Shown piece after piece: positions 31,425-44,489 of a DNA stretch of 64,000 nucleotides. The notes beneath the pieces were generated by a model. That model saw nothing but the letters and a program-made list of their open reading frames with translations, was not told the DNA's origin and ran no database searches. The position numbers and the translations under genes are program-made. Position 1 is the first letter of the stretch; each line of letters starts with the position of its first letter. The stretch is taken from NCBI RefSeq assembly GCF_009914755.1, contig NC_060926.1; one strand, given 5' to 3'. The stretch comes from the human T2T-CHM13v2.0 reference genome, Homo sapiens.

Positions 31425-31715
31425 GGATCATTCTCCTAAATCACCAACATCACTTATTTCCCCACCAATGGCACTGAACCTTATGACCTAAAGGGAGTTT
31501 CCATGTGAAAAGACTGTCCTTGTTTAAAATCTCCAATGCATTTTACACAGGTATACAGTGTTGCCAATATCACAGGATAATGGAAGCCAAGAAGGCAGAA
31601 GTGGATTTGCAAAAATAGAGTAAAACTTTAAGAAATCATTTCATACAGGAAATGACCCAATGGTTAGAAGCAGTCTTGAGGAGCCACGATGAAAACCTGG
31701 GTCTCCTATTTCCTA
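31425..31715 (+). repeat. Local duplication, copy B (probable source)
   Basis: Aligns to 27264-27548; its MIR-like 3' end continues past the junction. Confidence 0.95.
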
Positions 31716-31954
31716 GACTAGTACTCTTCTTTACTTATAATACTGTTACCAAGTAGAATAGTGGGCTTGAAATTAAGGCAAAACTTGAACTGCAAATACA
31801 TAATCAATTATAGACTTTCTCTGTGCAGATTGACCTAATATGTTAATTACTTAAATACACTGAAAAGTAAAAGTATCATTTAAGCTACTAATATAGTTAT
31901 GTTTACTATATCCCCAATAGGTTATCAAACATTCCTTAAAATAGTTACATTCTT

Positions 31955-32248
<294 letters not shown>

Positions 32249-32432
32249 TAGTGACATTCTTTATACCTCCAAAATAAAGACTGAAATTGTTCTCACACAT
32301 GAGGTAGTGTTCACAACTGTTCGAAGTATAATCACTGCAATAAAATATATTTTCACCTAAATTTCCTGGAGATTTCAGATATCTGTTTAGCCTTTATTAA
32401 CTGGAAAATTCCTCAACTAAATGTGTACTTAC

Positions 32433-32483
32433 CAATAGATTCTCTTACGAAAATGTTTGTTTTCCAAATAAATAATCCAAGCC
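32433..32483 (-). other. Candidate 51-nt exon of an unidentified minus-strand transcript
   Basis: ttttag|GGCTTGG...CTATTG|gtaagt; weak polypyrimidine tract. Confidence 0.35.
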
Positions 32484-33244
32484 CTAAAATTTCACTAGTA
32501 TTTTACAATATTGACTTGATAGTAAAAGAAGCATTTTATCAATGAAGCATTTTTAAAACATTTATATATTTTCCAATGAAATTCTTATTATGCTCTTTTA
32601 TAAAATGAGAAAGCTTCCTATATCATCTTCTTTGAAAGGTTTGTCAGATTTCTATTAAGACTAATGCATGCAAATGTTATATTTAAAAATATTTTATATT
32701 GTATAATATACAATTATGAATATTACTAAAAATATACAGCATATTAAAATTTTACCTTTTCATTGTTCCACTACTTGAAACTAATTTTAAAACTGACAAT
32801 CTAGGGATTTCCATTTATCTTAAGTATTATAATAATCACATAGAACCAGTCCTTTTTAGAATACGTATCAGAGCATTTAACAACATATAGACGTCCAAAA
32901 TATTTTAAACAAGAAGTTGTGCTAACACTTAGATCATGAAGACTCTATTGTCTTTAACAACTACTGATTAAACCCAAAAATGTTATGCTGATTTTAATGG
33001 AACTAAAAAATACAGGTCAAATACTGATCATGACTGCTTCTTTAACTTATATACACATTTCCAAGATTATTCTAAATTGCCAAACCTTGTCACCTAAAAA
33101 TCTAGTAGGACAAATAATACTAAACACAACATTGCCCAGCACTGTATGAAATCTGTATAACTCTGGAAAATTACAACAAAAGCCAAATGTGTATATCTCC
33201 TATCATTTTAAAACAAATCAACATTTGTAAATTATGCTACTTAC

Positions 33245-33447
33245 CAAGAAGCATGTTTCTTAGCAATAGTTAAGTCAGCCGGTCTATAATTTCTGTATAA
33301 TAAATGTATCAGGAGCTGAGAGGTACATTAACCTGCCACCGGTTTTATTGCAGATTGAGTGTGAGCCTTCACAAACTCCTCCTTGTATCTTAAGTCTGCT
33401 GGAGTACTGGCCTGACTCCACTCACTCACTGTGTACCTCGTTTGAAA
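33245..33447 (-). other. Candidate 203-nt exon of an unidentified minus-strand transcript
   Basis: Branch-like ctgac, tgtattgtttgttag|TTTCAAACG...CTTCTTG|gtaagt; GC content higher than flanks; not a recognisable repeat. Confidence 0.5.
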
Positions 33448-33618
33448 CTAACAAACAATACAGTGACTGTCAGTAGATGTTGCCTCCTCAGTCTACAGAG
33501 CCAACAAAAATTATGGAAAAGTAAGTTACTTCACTGGAGTTTGAGATGTAAATTCTGAATTGATCATGCTGTTTCTTTAAAATTCCCAAGTAAAATTTTC
33601 TACTCAATTCACAAAGTA

Positions 33619-33745
33619 TTTTTAAAATACTTGCTTTATTTTTATTTCTTCTGTTTTCCATTCCACTAATATTTGCTTATCTTTATTAATGTCTGCTTCC
33701 AAGTTCTTTTACTTTGATAAACTTTTTCCAGTTTTTATGATGCAT
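33619..33745 (+). repeat. Local duplication, copy C (near-identical to 35885-36014)
   Basis: One substitution and one 3-nt indel over about 127 bp. Confidence 0.95.
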
Positions 33746-34521
33746 CTTATCTCACCAATGATAAGAAAATACAGATATATTTATTATTCGGTGCTATGAG
33801 CTTGAACCTCCAATGATATTTCAGTTTCATGATGGATTGTTTGTTTGACTCCAATACAAAGATAATTATTTCTGAAATAGGCTTCTCCTGAGAGAAGAAC
33901 AAGCCTTACAGTTACAGGCATGTGTATTAACAATTTTTAAAAAAGAAAATTTGTCTGGGCCCAAAAGAAGAATACATAGCATGCAAGCCAGCACTAAAGC
34001 CAATGAGATGAATGTGATTTCTGAGACTATGTTTTCTAAAATAGAAAATAAAATGACATGCACAAATATTAGCATATTTTAGCAATTGTTTTTATATTAT
34101 CCTCCAATAGATACTATCTTTTACTTGTTATAATGACAGAGTACAGCAGTTTAGCTTCCCAGAGTCCTAATAGTGAAGTTTTATCGGTACTTGTTCATAT
34201 TTCTATATTTCTCTATTCCTTAATTTGGAGATTCAATGTTAACATGACTAGTTACTTTTATTTTGGTTAAAGCAAGGTTAAAAAGTTAAAAATAGGAAAA
34301 CTGAGGGAAAGAAAGTTTCAGAAAACTGTAAAAGGGAAATGAATCTAAGTTGGTAAAAGGAAAATGGGGAAGGACTATGAAAACAGGATAATTTAAAGCA
34401 AAGGGAACAAAGAAAGAGAAATGGCTAAGGATGACAATTACAAAAGAGACCAAGGCCTATTTTTGCCATTATGAAATTCAGGCCTCTTGCATATTCAATA
34501 GATACATCAAATATATGTATA

Positions 34522-34722
34522 TTCCCTGGTTCTGAGGCCTTGAACTTGAACTGAGCCATGCCACTAGCATCCTGGGTCTCCAGCTTGCAGACAGCCTGTC
34601 ATAGACTTCTCAGCCTCTATAATTGTTGAGCCAATTCCCTTAATCCCCCTCATATATCTATATCTGATATCTACATCTATATCTTATTGATTCTGTATCT
34701 CTGGAGAACCCTGTCTAATATA
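34522..34722 (+). mobile_element. MLT2B-like LTR 3' part (ERVL)
   Basis: gggtctccagcttgcagacagcctgtc...ttctgtatctctggagaaccctgtctaata. Confidence 0.85.
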
Positions 34723-34778
34723 CCAGGTGATGCTGGTATTACTTGTCCTGGGACTACACTTTGAGAACCATTGCTCTA
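34723..34778 (+). mobile_element. MER5A terminus
   Basis: ccaggtgatgctg...gactacactttgagaaccattgc. Confidence 0.65.
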
Positions 34779-34847
34779 CCTTATTAGGTTACCCTAACAT
34801 CTAGGATGAGGATAATATCCATTATAAATTGTTTTATTGCCATATTA

Positions 34848-35520
34848 ATTAGAATCTAAGACTTTTCAAACACATTTTCACAGCTCTAAATCAGTGTGCA
34901 TCCATAATCATTTGCGTCTTATAATAACTACCCACAAGGAAGTATTCACGACTGTGGTGGTCAATATCAGTGTGTGCATGAACTTGTGTCATAGCTGTTC
35001 ATATTGTTCCCTCAGTTGAGTGATATCATTTTTGAATCACATAAATGACATCACTTTTGAGTCATATACCATGTATTGAGTTTAATTGCCATTTAAAAAT
35101 GGTTTTGAAAATTTACACTTAAAAAGAAGTACTATGATTTGGCATTAAAGTCACTTTTTAAAAACCACTGTGATTTGGCTTTAATAATAAAAGTCATTAA
35201 ATACTAAGCTAGCATATAAACAGGTGTGGGATATAGATTTGTTATTAGTGAAGCAGATGTTCATTATTGGAGGAATTACAGCAGTTTCAGATTGTCTTGC
35301 AAAGTAGCAATCCATTGCATGAAAGGACAGGAGAAAGGTAACCACAAGTGGAGGAAGCTGTGGTATATACAAAAGTTTGCCTATCACAGGCCCAGCAATG
35401 CAGCTAACTGAAGGCAGAAGAAATTGCTAATCCTTCTGAATAGAAATATCAAAAAGATAAGTGGCTGGTGTGAATAACAGATCCAGAGGGACTTTTTTAA
35501 ACGTCTGTGTTATAGTTTAT
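34848..35520 (+). mobile_element. Kanga2/MER104-like pogo (TcMar-Tc2) transposon with decayed transposase N-terminus
   Basis: gaatctaagac...cacatttt...tgcgtctta terminus; ORF 35226-35411 FVISEADVHYWRN...SCK resembles pogo Brinker-type DNA-binding domain ISEANIRRWR. Confidence 0.6.
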
Positions 35521-35554
35521 GGGTAATTTTTTTTTTTTTTTTTTGGTGGGCAGT

Positions 35555-35653
35555 GGGTACTTCTTGCCTCTAGAACTTTGAAACAATACATTTCTGTTGT
35601 TTAAGGCATTCAGTCTGTGGTACTTTATTACCACAGCCTTAGCAAACTAATAC
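35555..35653 (+). mobile_element. MLT1 LTR 3' end
   Basis: atacatttctgttgtttaaggcattcagtctgtggtactttattaccacagccttagcaaactaataca. Confidence 0.8.
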
Positions 35654-35659
35654 AGCATC

Positions 35660-36130
35660 TTTACCAGGCGCTTGATATTAAGTATATGCTAATTTCATAA
35701 AAGGAAATGGAGAACTGAGCATCCGGCTCTTTCTCTAACAAGTTTGAATAGCAGTAGGATTATCTGTTTTTGGAAGGTTAGATGGAACTGGGATGTTTTC
35801 CATTTGTACTCTCCTTAATTCTTCCTTAATCAGGTTGGCCATGGATGTCTATTTAAGTGAATCCCCCCCAAAAGAATCAGCTGCTTTTTAAAATACTTGC
35901 TTTATTTTTATTTCTTCTGTTTTCCATTCCACTAATATTTGCTTTTTATCTTTATTAATGTCTGCTTCCAAGTTCTTTTACTTTGATAAACTTTTTCTAG
36001 TTTTTATGATGCATACATGGCTCATTTATTTTCAATTTTTGTTTTTTATTAAATATTAAAAATCATTGAGGAGCACAGTTTTAATAAGAAGTTTTCCCTT
36101 CCATTAACTTTTAGATACTCTATCATTTTA
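35660..36130 (-). mobile_element. Old L1M ORF2 fragment, antisense; contains duplication copy D (35885-36014)
   Basis: tatgctaatttcataaaaggaaatgg, ggattatctgtttttggaaggttagatggaact, aaaagaatcagctgc. Confidence 0.6.
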
Positions 36131-36596
36131 GTTTTGATTTTCCTCTTCTCTCCTTACTTGATGGTTAAAAGACTTAACTGAGAGAGAAATAACAAGGTAT
36201 CTTTCAATTCTGTCTTTAATATTAATTAGTTGTTTTTGCCTAAGGCCAATTACTCACCTTGCATGAACTTCTGTAATATTGACGGTGTGAGGATCAAACC
36301 AACTAAATATGATGGTACTTGAAACCATAAATTGCTACACATATTTAAGTTATTGTTTTCATTATTTTTTGACCAATTAGCTACACACAAAAATATCAGA
36401 GTACCTTAGGGACACCAGAATTGCTTAACTGAATTTTAATTCTTCATTTATGTTTAGTGTATTATCAGTCATCCCTCAAGTTGTCTACAGGTTTATGATT
36501 TTATGGAAAAATGATAACCATTCACCTACTAGCACTCAGTTTTAGTTGCTGTCTTTCATCAAGGAGAGCAATTATTTTAAAAATTTATCTCATGAA

Positions 36597-36905
<309 letters not shown>

Positions 36906-37729
36906 TCTCATGAAAGAATCTCTCATTATCATTTAAAAGCAGGAACAGAAGAAACTAAGTGCTAGCTATGCGTCAGGCATCCTTCCGGGGACTTTACATT
37001 CAGTTCTCATACAGTCATTGTACAGATTAAGCCAATGAGACCAAGATAGCACAAGCAAATTGTCCAGGGTCACAAATCTTCAAATCCAGTGGTCCTACCC
37101 AGCTTCCTCCTTGTAAAATCCAGAGAATTGAGGCAGCAGAATTAAACTAAAGTTTTTCTGTAATGATTTCCAGAGAATGTAAAATTTCATATTTTTTGGA
37201 ATTATAAATAGTTTTAAGTAAAAAATATTTTTTTTTTTTCAAAAAAGCAAGTGGTTCTTTTGGTTTCTCTTTGGCTTTTTTTTTTTCCTTCAGGGGATTT
37301 TTTTTTCTTTTATTCCCCTCTTCAGAGTAGAACTAAAGTATCTAAGAGTAGATTGTTTAAACCACACCAATATTTCACATTTTTCTATAATGCTAAATAT
37401 TAAGTTCTTGAATTATCCATTAATATTTCATATTTATTGTCTAAAATAAGTGTAAATTGTTCAATTGCATTCATTTTAATACTTAGGCTTCACTTAAGAC
37501 CATCTAAAGGCATTAACTAATATTATTTCTGGTGAAATTATGCTTAACTGAGGAAAAATTGTAGCCGAATAGTTTTTCAATTTTTCACAAGTACAGCTCT
37601 CTGTAGATACAGATAATTGCTATTAACTAGGCTACTACTTATTTGAATAGATTGAACATTGAGGGAGTTACATGAGTTCTGAGTCTGAAAATCCAGAAGA
37701 GAAAAATAAAGAACAAAAAGAAAAAAATT

Positions 37730-38100
37730 GTTGTGTGAGTGAAAATGTTCATTACATTATGTATAATCACAAACATATGGACACATCCTAAATGTCCAAC
37801 AGCAGAAGACTGGATGTGTCTTGTATTATGAAATATTATAAAATATATTAAGTGATATAAGAAAATGTACATACACTATGTAACAAGTGGGGAAAATAAT
37901 GTAGAACTGGATATATAATAGAAGTCAACTATGTAAAAATATACATATCATATATTGATGTAAATGTTTGTGCACATTTACAGAAACATATTTGGAAGGA
38001 AGTACTCCAAAATCTGTTAACATTGCAGGATTTTTGTTTATTATTTACCATTTTCTGTGTTTTTACTTTTTTTGCACTAAATTATAAAAACCCTCATTTA
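37730..38100 (+). mobile_element. L1ME 3' region
   Basis: aaatgttcattacattatgtataat...cctaaatgtccaacagcagaagactgg. Confidence 0.55.
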
Positions 38101-39839
38101 AAAAATGATAGTGGGAAGTGTTTGACTATGAAAAAAATTTTAAACAGTTTATAAAAACTTGGATTCAGAATTAGCTAATTTAAATAATCCCATTTAAAAA
38201 CTTTATAGTAAGTAAATCTTGAGAACTAGACAAATTCCCAGGTTTCTTCTGGGCCGTACTGATCCTCTGGTTCCACAGGAGTAAGGTGCTAGGCCTGTGC
38301 AAGCACGTGGACTAAAGACACACGGGAGGCTCACACTGATCACTGTCACAATGCTAATGTATAGTAAGTGGTGTGAAATAAACAACATAAAGGAAATGAG
38401 GATAATGATAATACAATATTTATAGTGAGCTACAATGATCAATTCCCGCAACTCCTCAGTGACTTAATCTTTTCACCTGTAGTATCTGCATCTCTGCATC
38501 CATATAGATGAGCATCAGAAGCTTTCAGAGAGGTGATGACGAGAATCCAGCTCAGAGACTGGCTTACATGCATGATTTTTTTCAAGGCACTAAATCTTTT
38601 TCACCACTACGGTGACAATGCCATTTCTACCCAGACATTTAACTTGGACAAAGGCAATAATTTATACGTTTGGAAGCTGCGGCTCCCCAGAAACCTTTAT
38701 AACCTGGCCCTCATTAAACTATTTATTCTCTATCAGTGTCATCAGATTTCCATGACAACATCACGCTGTATAATCAACATGGTTCGAACTAGTCACATCT
38801 TTGCACAACTGGACACATCAAAATAATTGTATTATGTCATCAGTGATGCCACCAGACAGAGCACCAGCTCCCTTCCTACACTGGATAGCAGACGTTCAAA
38901 TAACGCAATGTAGGTTTTCCTAAAATAGATGCTCAGATATGTCAAGTTTTTCAACAGGGTTAAATTAGAAGTGCTATCTTTTTTTTTTTTCTTTTCATTT
39001 AAAAAAAAATCTCTACCTGCTCAATGTATACCCACTCTACCTTGCTTATTTCTATGCAAAGCCAGCTGGTCCTCTCAGGCAGAGTTTGCCTAGGGCAGCA
39101 AAATGCTCTGACTGTTTATCCCATGTGAGTGATTGCCAGCTGGGAGGAATGTGTTTTTCCTAGTTTGCCCATGGCATATATTCAGAGGGAGATGGACAAG
39201 ACCATGAAACTTTGTACAAGTCGCACAGTTTTGTAGTGAGATGATATTTTGCAAACAAAAATGTTAAGATACATCTAATGTTGGGAGATGAAAGCCCAAA
39301 AAGATTTTAAGATTTGCTCCCTATTAACATAAAATCTAAAAAAAATTTCATTAAGGAAATCACCATAGGTTTTTGTTTTATTTCCAGAGTTGGTTACAAT
39401 AGATGTTTGCCTATGAGACTGAAAATCATGTATTTTATAAGAGTTGAATTAGCTGAAGTCAAAACTGCTGAAATATCGTCTGAGAGGCATATGGCAATAG
39501 CTTCCCCTCCTGTGATTTAACATTGTTAAATTAGCTATAAAATATTTTTATCAGTAATATACTGTTTTCCAAGATAATTCACACATATAAATTCCAAACC
39601 ATCTTACTAATGAAAAGATAAAGGATTGCTTCATTCAGGGGAATTACTTGCTTTCAAATGGAGAATATAGTTTTAAGAAAAGATTTAACAAACAGATGTT
39701 TCAAAATTTTGAATACATGTTATATAATCATAGAATCTCAATTCTTAAAATGACTCCAAAACCATCTCATTTTATTAATGAAGAAACTGACACCAAGAGA
39801 GGAAAATCATCTTTTTTTTTTGTCAAATAATCATAAGAA

Positions 39840-39945
39840 TATTTATTCATTCTTTTAATCTTTATTGAGTTTCCATTCTGGGCCAGGCCCTGCTCTGAGT
39901 GCTGAGGCTACGGGAGCTCTTGCTCTCACGGAACTTATGTTAGAC
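39840..39945 (-). mobile_element. L2 3' end
   Basis: ttcattc...tttattgagt...gccaggccctgctctgagtgctgagg...gctctcacggaactt. Confidence 0.6.
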
Positions 39946-40659
39946 TAATGTTTCCTGATTCTGATCACAGAGCTCTTTTCATTTGCTCACATATTTCTCT
40001 CACCAAAAGGGCTAATCTACAAAATGTATGAACAGACTCCAACATCTGACAAAAATACCTGTAGCTGTTGTTGTTGTTTTTTGTTTTATCTAGATTCATT
40101 TATCATGGTTATTTTTTGAAGATTATCACATTTATCCATATTAAGATGAAAACTCCCAGGTCTTTATGTGTCTTTCAGTTAACAACTTGCATAATAAAAT
40201 ATGTATTACATTTCTTATATTAATTAACATTTTTTGGGTTTGGTGGCATAATACAATTGGCAAAATTTTAGTTTTTCATCTCTGCTGCCCTCTTCCCCCC
40301 ACCAAAAGGGAAAGATTCTGAAATTCAGAGATATTGATATGCTATTTCTGTGGATTTTTTTCCCCAACTCAATCTTAATACCTACATTAACATTCAGTAA
40401 TGCAACAAAATAATTTAGAGAATAGCCATATAGTATCGAGTGAGCTTAAAACAGTCTGGAAACACAGTAGTAAACCAGGAAGACTTCTGAGTTTTTGTCA
40501 CTAATATTCTGCAGAAATCATGTACTATGCATGTGCTGCAACTTTTACCTGGAAAAAACTTAGTCTCCCTCCCCCCCACCATTTTGTAGTTAAGGCAGAA
40601 TACAAGAAACGTGTCCAGTGCTTGCCAGCCCCCAGCCTCTTCTACCTAATCTAACCCCT

Positions 40660-41162
40660 TTTTGTACCACATGACTCTATCCCATTCCAGCCATAGCTGA
40701 CTGGACCAGGTGTGGGTCACTGATTTCGGGGCAGCTAATCAGACACAATGTGACTGGTGGCCTGGTTCAAAACGATGTGCTAATCCATCCCTCAGGAACT
40801 GGGAAGATGTGGAACAGTGGAGTAAATGCTGGAAAGTGCCAAGCTCTGAACAGCTTCATTGGCAGCTATGTTTAAGCCAGAGTTTATAGGGAAGAAGGAA
40901 AGGTCCCTAGAGAGAGGAGAATACAACATACAGTGCAGAGATGACCAGATATCATAAGAGAGGTATACACTGACTTGAGGGAAAAGATGATTCCCTATGA
41001 TTTTCCAGGTAACTGACATCAGTTGTATTTAAGTCCCAGCCAGCTACAATCACTGACCTTAGATTTCTTGAGATTCACTGTTGTATTCTCAAAACAGACC
41101 TCCTCCTCCTTAAGTTGGCCTGAGTCTGTCTATTCCTTGCAACCAAACAAATCCTAATCAAG
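40660..41162 (+). mobile_element. Old MaLR/ERVL LTR (MLT1-like)
   Basis: gctgactggaccaggtgtgggtcactga...taagttggcctgagtctgtctattccttgcaaccaaacaaatcctaa. Confidence 0.5.
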
Positions 41163-42239
41163 AGAAAATGACTTTTCACGTATCTAGACTTAGTTTTCTC
41201 CACAAGAAAAGAGCAAAAGTTAATCACAAGTGATGGTACTCAATTCCTCTTAAGTCTCTGAAGGATCATCCTATCCATAAGTCAATTTGGAGTACTGGTT
41301 AATATGCATTAATATTAATGACACCATGATATTTAATAATTTCTACAACCTTCTATATATAAAATTATGAGGGTCACAGAAGACCATAGTACTGAATTAA
41401 TCTTTTCCATTTTTTAACCTCAAAATATTTGTTGGTAATACTCATATAGTTACCTTAATTTTTCCCTTTTCTCTATCAAAGGTGCTGAAAAACAGGCATC
41501 TGAAGAGACCACAATATACAGTAGTCTGTCCTTTTGATTTGCCATGCCCTCATATTCTCCTTTATCAAACTACTTTTTAGCTACTTCTTCCAGTGAATTT
41601 TGCTCCTAAAATAGTATATTCATGATGGGTTCCTCCTTTATTTCTATTTCATTAGTCATTAACCCTCCTTAAGCTAAATGGATGGAAACAGTGCATTTTC
41701 TCTATTTTTGTTTGCACATAAAGATTTGGTTAAAGTGTTTTGCTCTACAAGTTCATCTTATCACACAGTTCCTGGAGCCAACACCTTTCTTTTTTTTTTT
41801 TTTTTAACTTTCTATATTTGATTAGTTTCTGCTGAGAGGAGGGTCTACAAAAATTCATTGCTACTACCTCATAAGCTAGGGGAAAAAAGGGACAATTTTA
41901 ATTTTTTGTGATGTAAAGGAAACATCATTTTTAGCCAAATCATAGTTTTAATTCTAAAGATTTATTAAAATGATACAGTAGATATTGTGCAGCAATGGCT
42001 TGGAGCCATCTGAAGCACTTTACCCTGTCTGGGGTTTTCCAACTAAAAGGAAAATAAAGAATTTTGGGCAGTTAAAAGGGGAAATATTGATATAATTAAA
42101 AGGCTAGAAAACAAAAGGAAAGCTTAAAAAGTATAGTAAAAAGAATATCAAGGTACAGCTTCAAGTATGTAAATGGCTGTATGTTACAAAGCATAGAGAC
42201 AACACAGAACTATGAAGAGAGCATATTTATATTTAGTTG

Positions 42240-42455
42240 TACTACTGTCAAAAAATACTTGAGTGTCAGAAGATGCTTTAAAGGTTCTATCTGTATTAAC
42301 TAATATATTATGATTATTCTAATTTTACACATGAGGAAACTGAAGCCCAGAGACTCTAGGTAACTTACCCAAGGTTACATAGCTAGGGGAAGTTGAGGAG
42401 TGGGGATTTGAAAGCAGGAGTTCTGGCCCTGCAGCCGGACCCTTTAATCACAGAC
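42240..42455 (-). mobile_element. MIR
   Basis: ttttacacatgaggaaactgaagcccagag...aacttacccaaggttacatagct. Confidence 0.8.
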
Positions 42456-42481
42456 TGTCCATCCTCTGTAAATATCTTGAA

Positions 42482-42668
42482 CAGTAGTTCTCAAATTGGT
42501 TACATATTAAAACCATCTCAGGAGCATTTCAAAGTACACCAACACATACGCTCGAACTCCCAAAGATTCAGACTTAATGGGCTTAGGTGGGGCCTGTCAT
42601 CAGCATATTTAAAATTCCCAGCATATTTTTTAAGTCTCCAGATGATTCTAAAGTGCAAAGTGACCACT
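42482..42668. mobile_element. MER5B-like
   Basis: cagtagttctcaaatt...ggtggggcctg...ctccagatgattctaa. Confidence 0.65.
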
Positions 42669-43088
42669 AAGCCCAGATCACCTGGCTATTTAGTGGCCTA
42701 GCCAGAAGCAGCCTCTAGGTATCTTGACTTTTTCCTCTACATGATAGTGGCTCCCAGCTTCAGCAAATTGAGGGGGAAAATGAAAAAACACATTTTTACT
42801 CTGGAGTAATGAATTTGAGTTTCTTAAACCAAGAAGCTTTCATTCACTGGTGATCATGAAACACAAGGATGGGGTTTCTTTGGAGGTTATTAAAGCTAAG
42901 ATGGATTCTCAATTTTCTGAAATAATTATGTTAATGAGAAACTGATGAACATTTCCAAACTTCTTTTAGGTACTGAAGAACTAATACAGTTTAGACACCA
43001 GAGGTCTCACAAGTTAAACCCTCTATATAATACAGAGCCCTCCTGAGAATCAACTTAAGGTGAAATGTTTTAAAGAAGAGATAATGGT

Positions 43089-43831
<743 letters not shown>

Positions 43832-44019
43832 AAAAGGCATCCGTTTAATCACGGAGTTTTCTTGGAGAAGGACAATATTTAATTAAATAATTTGAACAAG
43901 AATGAGTGAATTTAGGGGGTACATACAGTCTAAAGAGATAAATTTTCTTCATTAATTGAGATTTCTCAAAAATGAGAACTTTTGATTAAATCCTCCAGAG
44001 CAAATCCAGCCTTCATTGT

Positions 44020-44275
44020 GAGCAGTGGAGGATAAAGGCTAAGAGTGTGGGCTCTGGGTCAGAATAACTGGACTTAGTTTTCCTAGCTTGCCCATCTGTA
44101 ACTCTGTGACCTTGGAAAAGTCACTTATCTATAGTTTCTCCATCTATGGAATGTGATGATAATGGCACCCACCTCACAGAATTGTTGAAAGAATTAAATG
44201 AGATACTACATGTGAAGCACTGGCAACAGTGACTGGCACACAGCAAATGCTTGGTGAATATTAGCTACCACTATT
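44020..44275 (+). mobile_element. MIR
   Basis: ctgtgaccttggaaaagtcactta...acctcacagaattgttgaaagaattaaatgag. Confidence 0.8.
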
Positions 44276-44489
44276 GTATCAAAGTGCCTTCAAGTATAAA
44301 AACTTTGTCTATTTGAGATGGTTCTGGCGACTGTCAGCTGCTTAATGTTCCTCAACACAATAAGAACTTCCAAGAGTGTCTTTGGCTTTTCTTATGCTCC
44401 TCCCGCTTGAAATACTGAATTCCTGCATGTGATTTCCAGCTCAGCTCAAAAATATTCTCTTTTTCTGATTAGCCTGCACCATGGATGCA

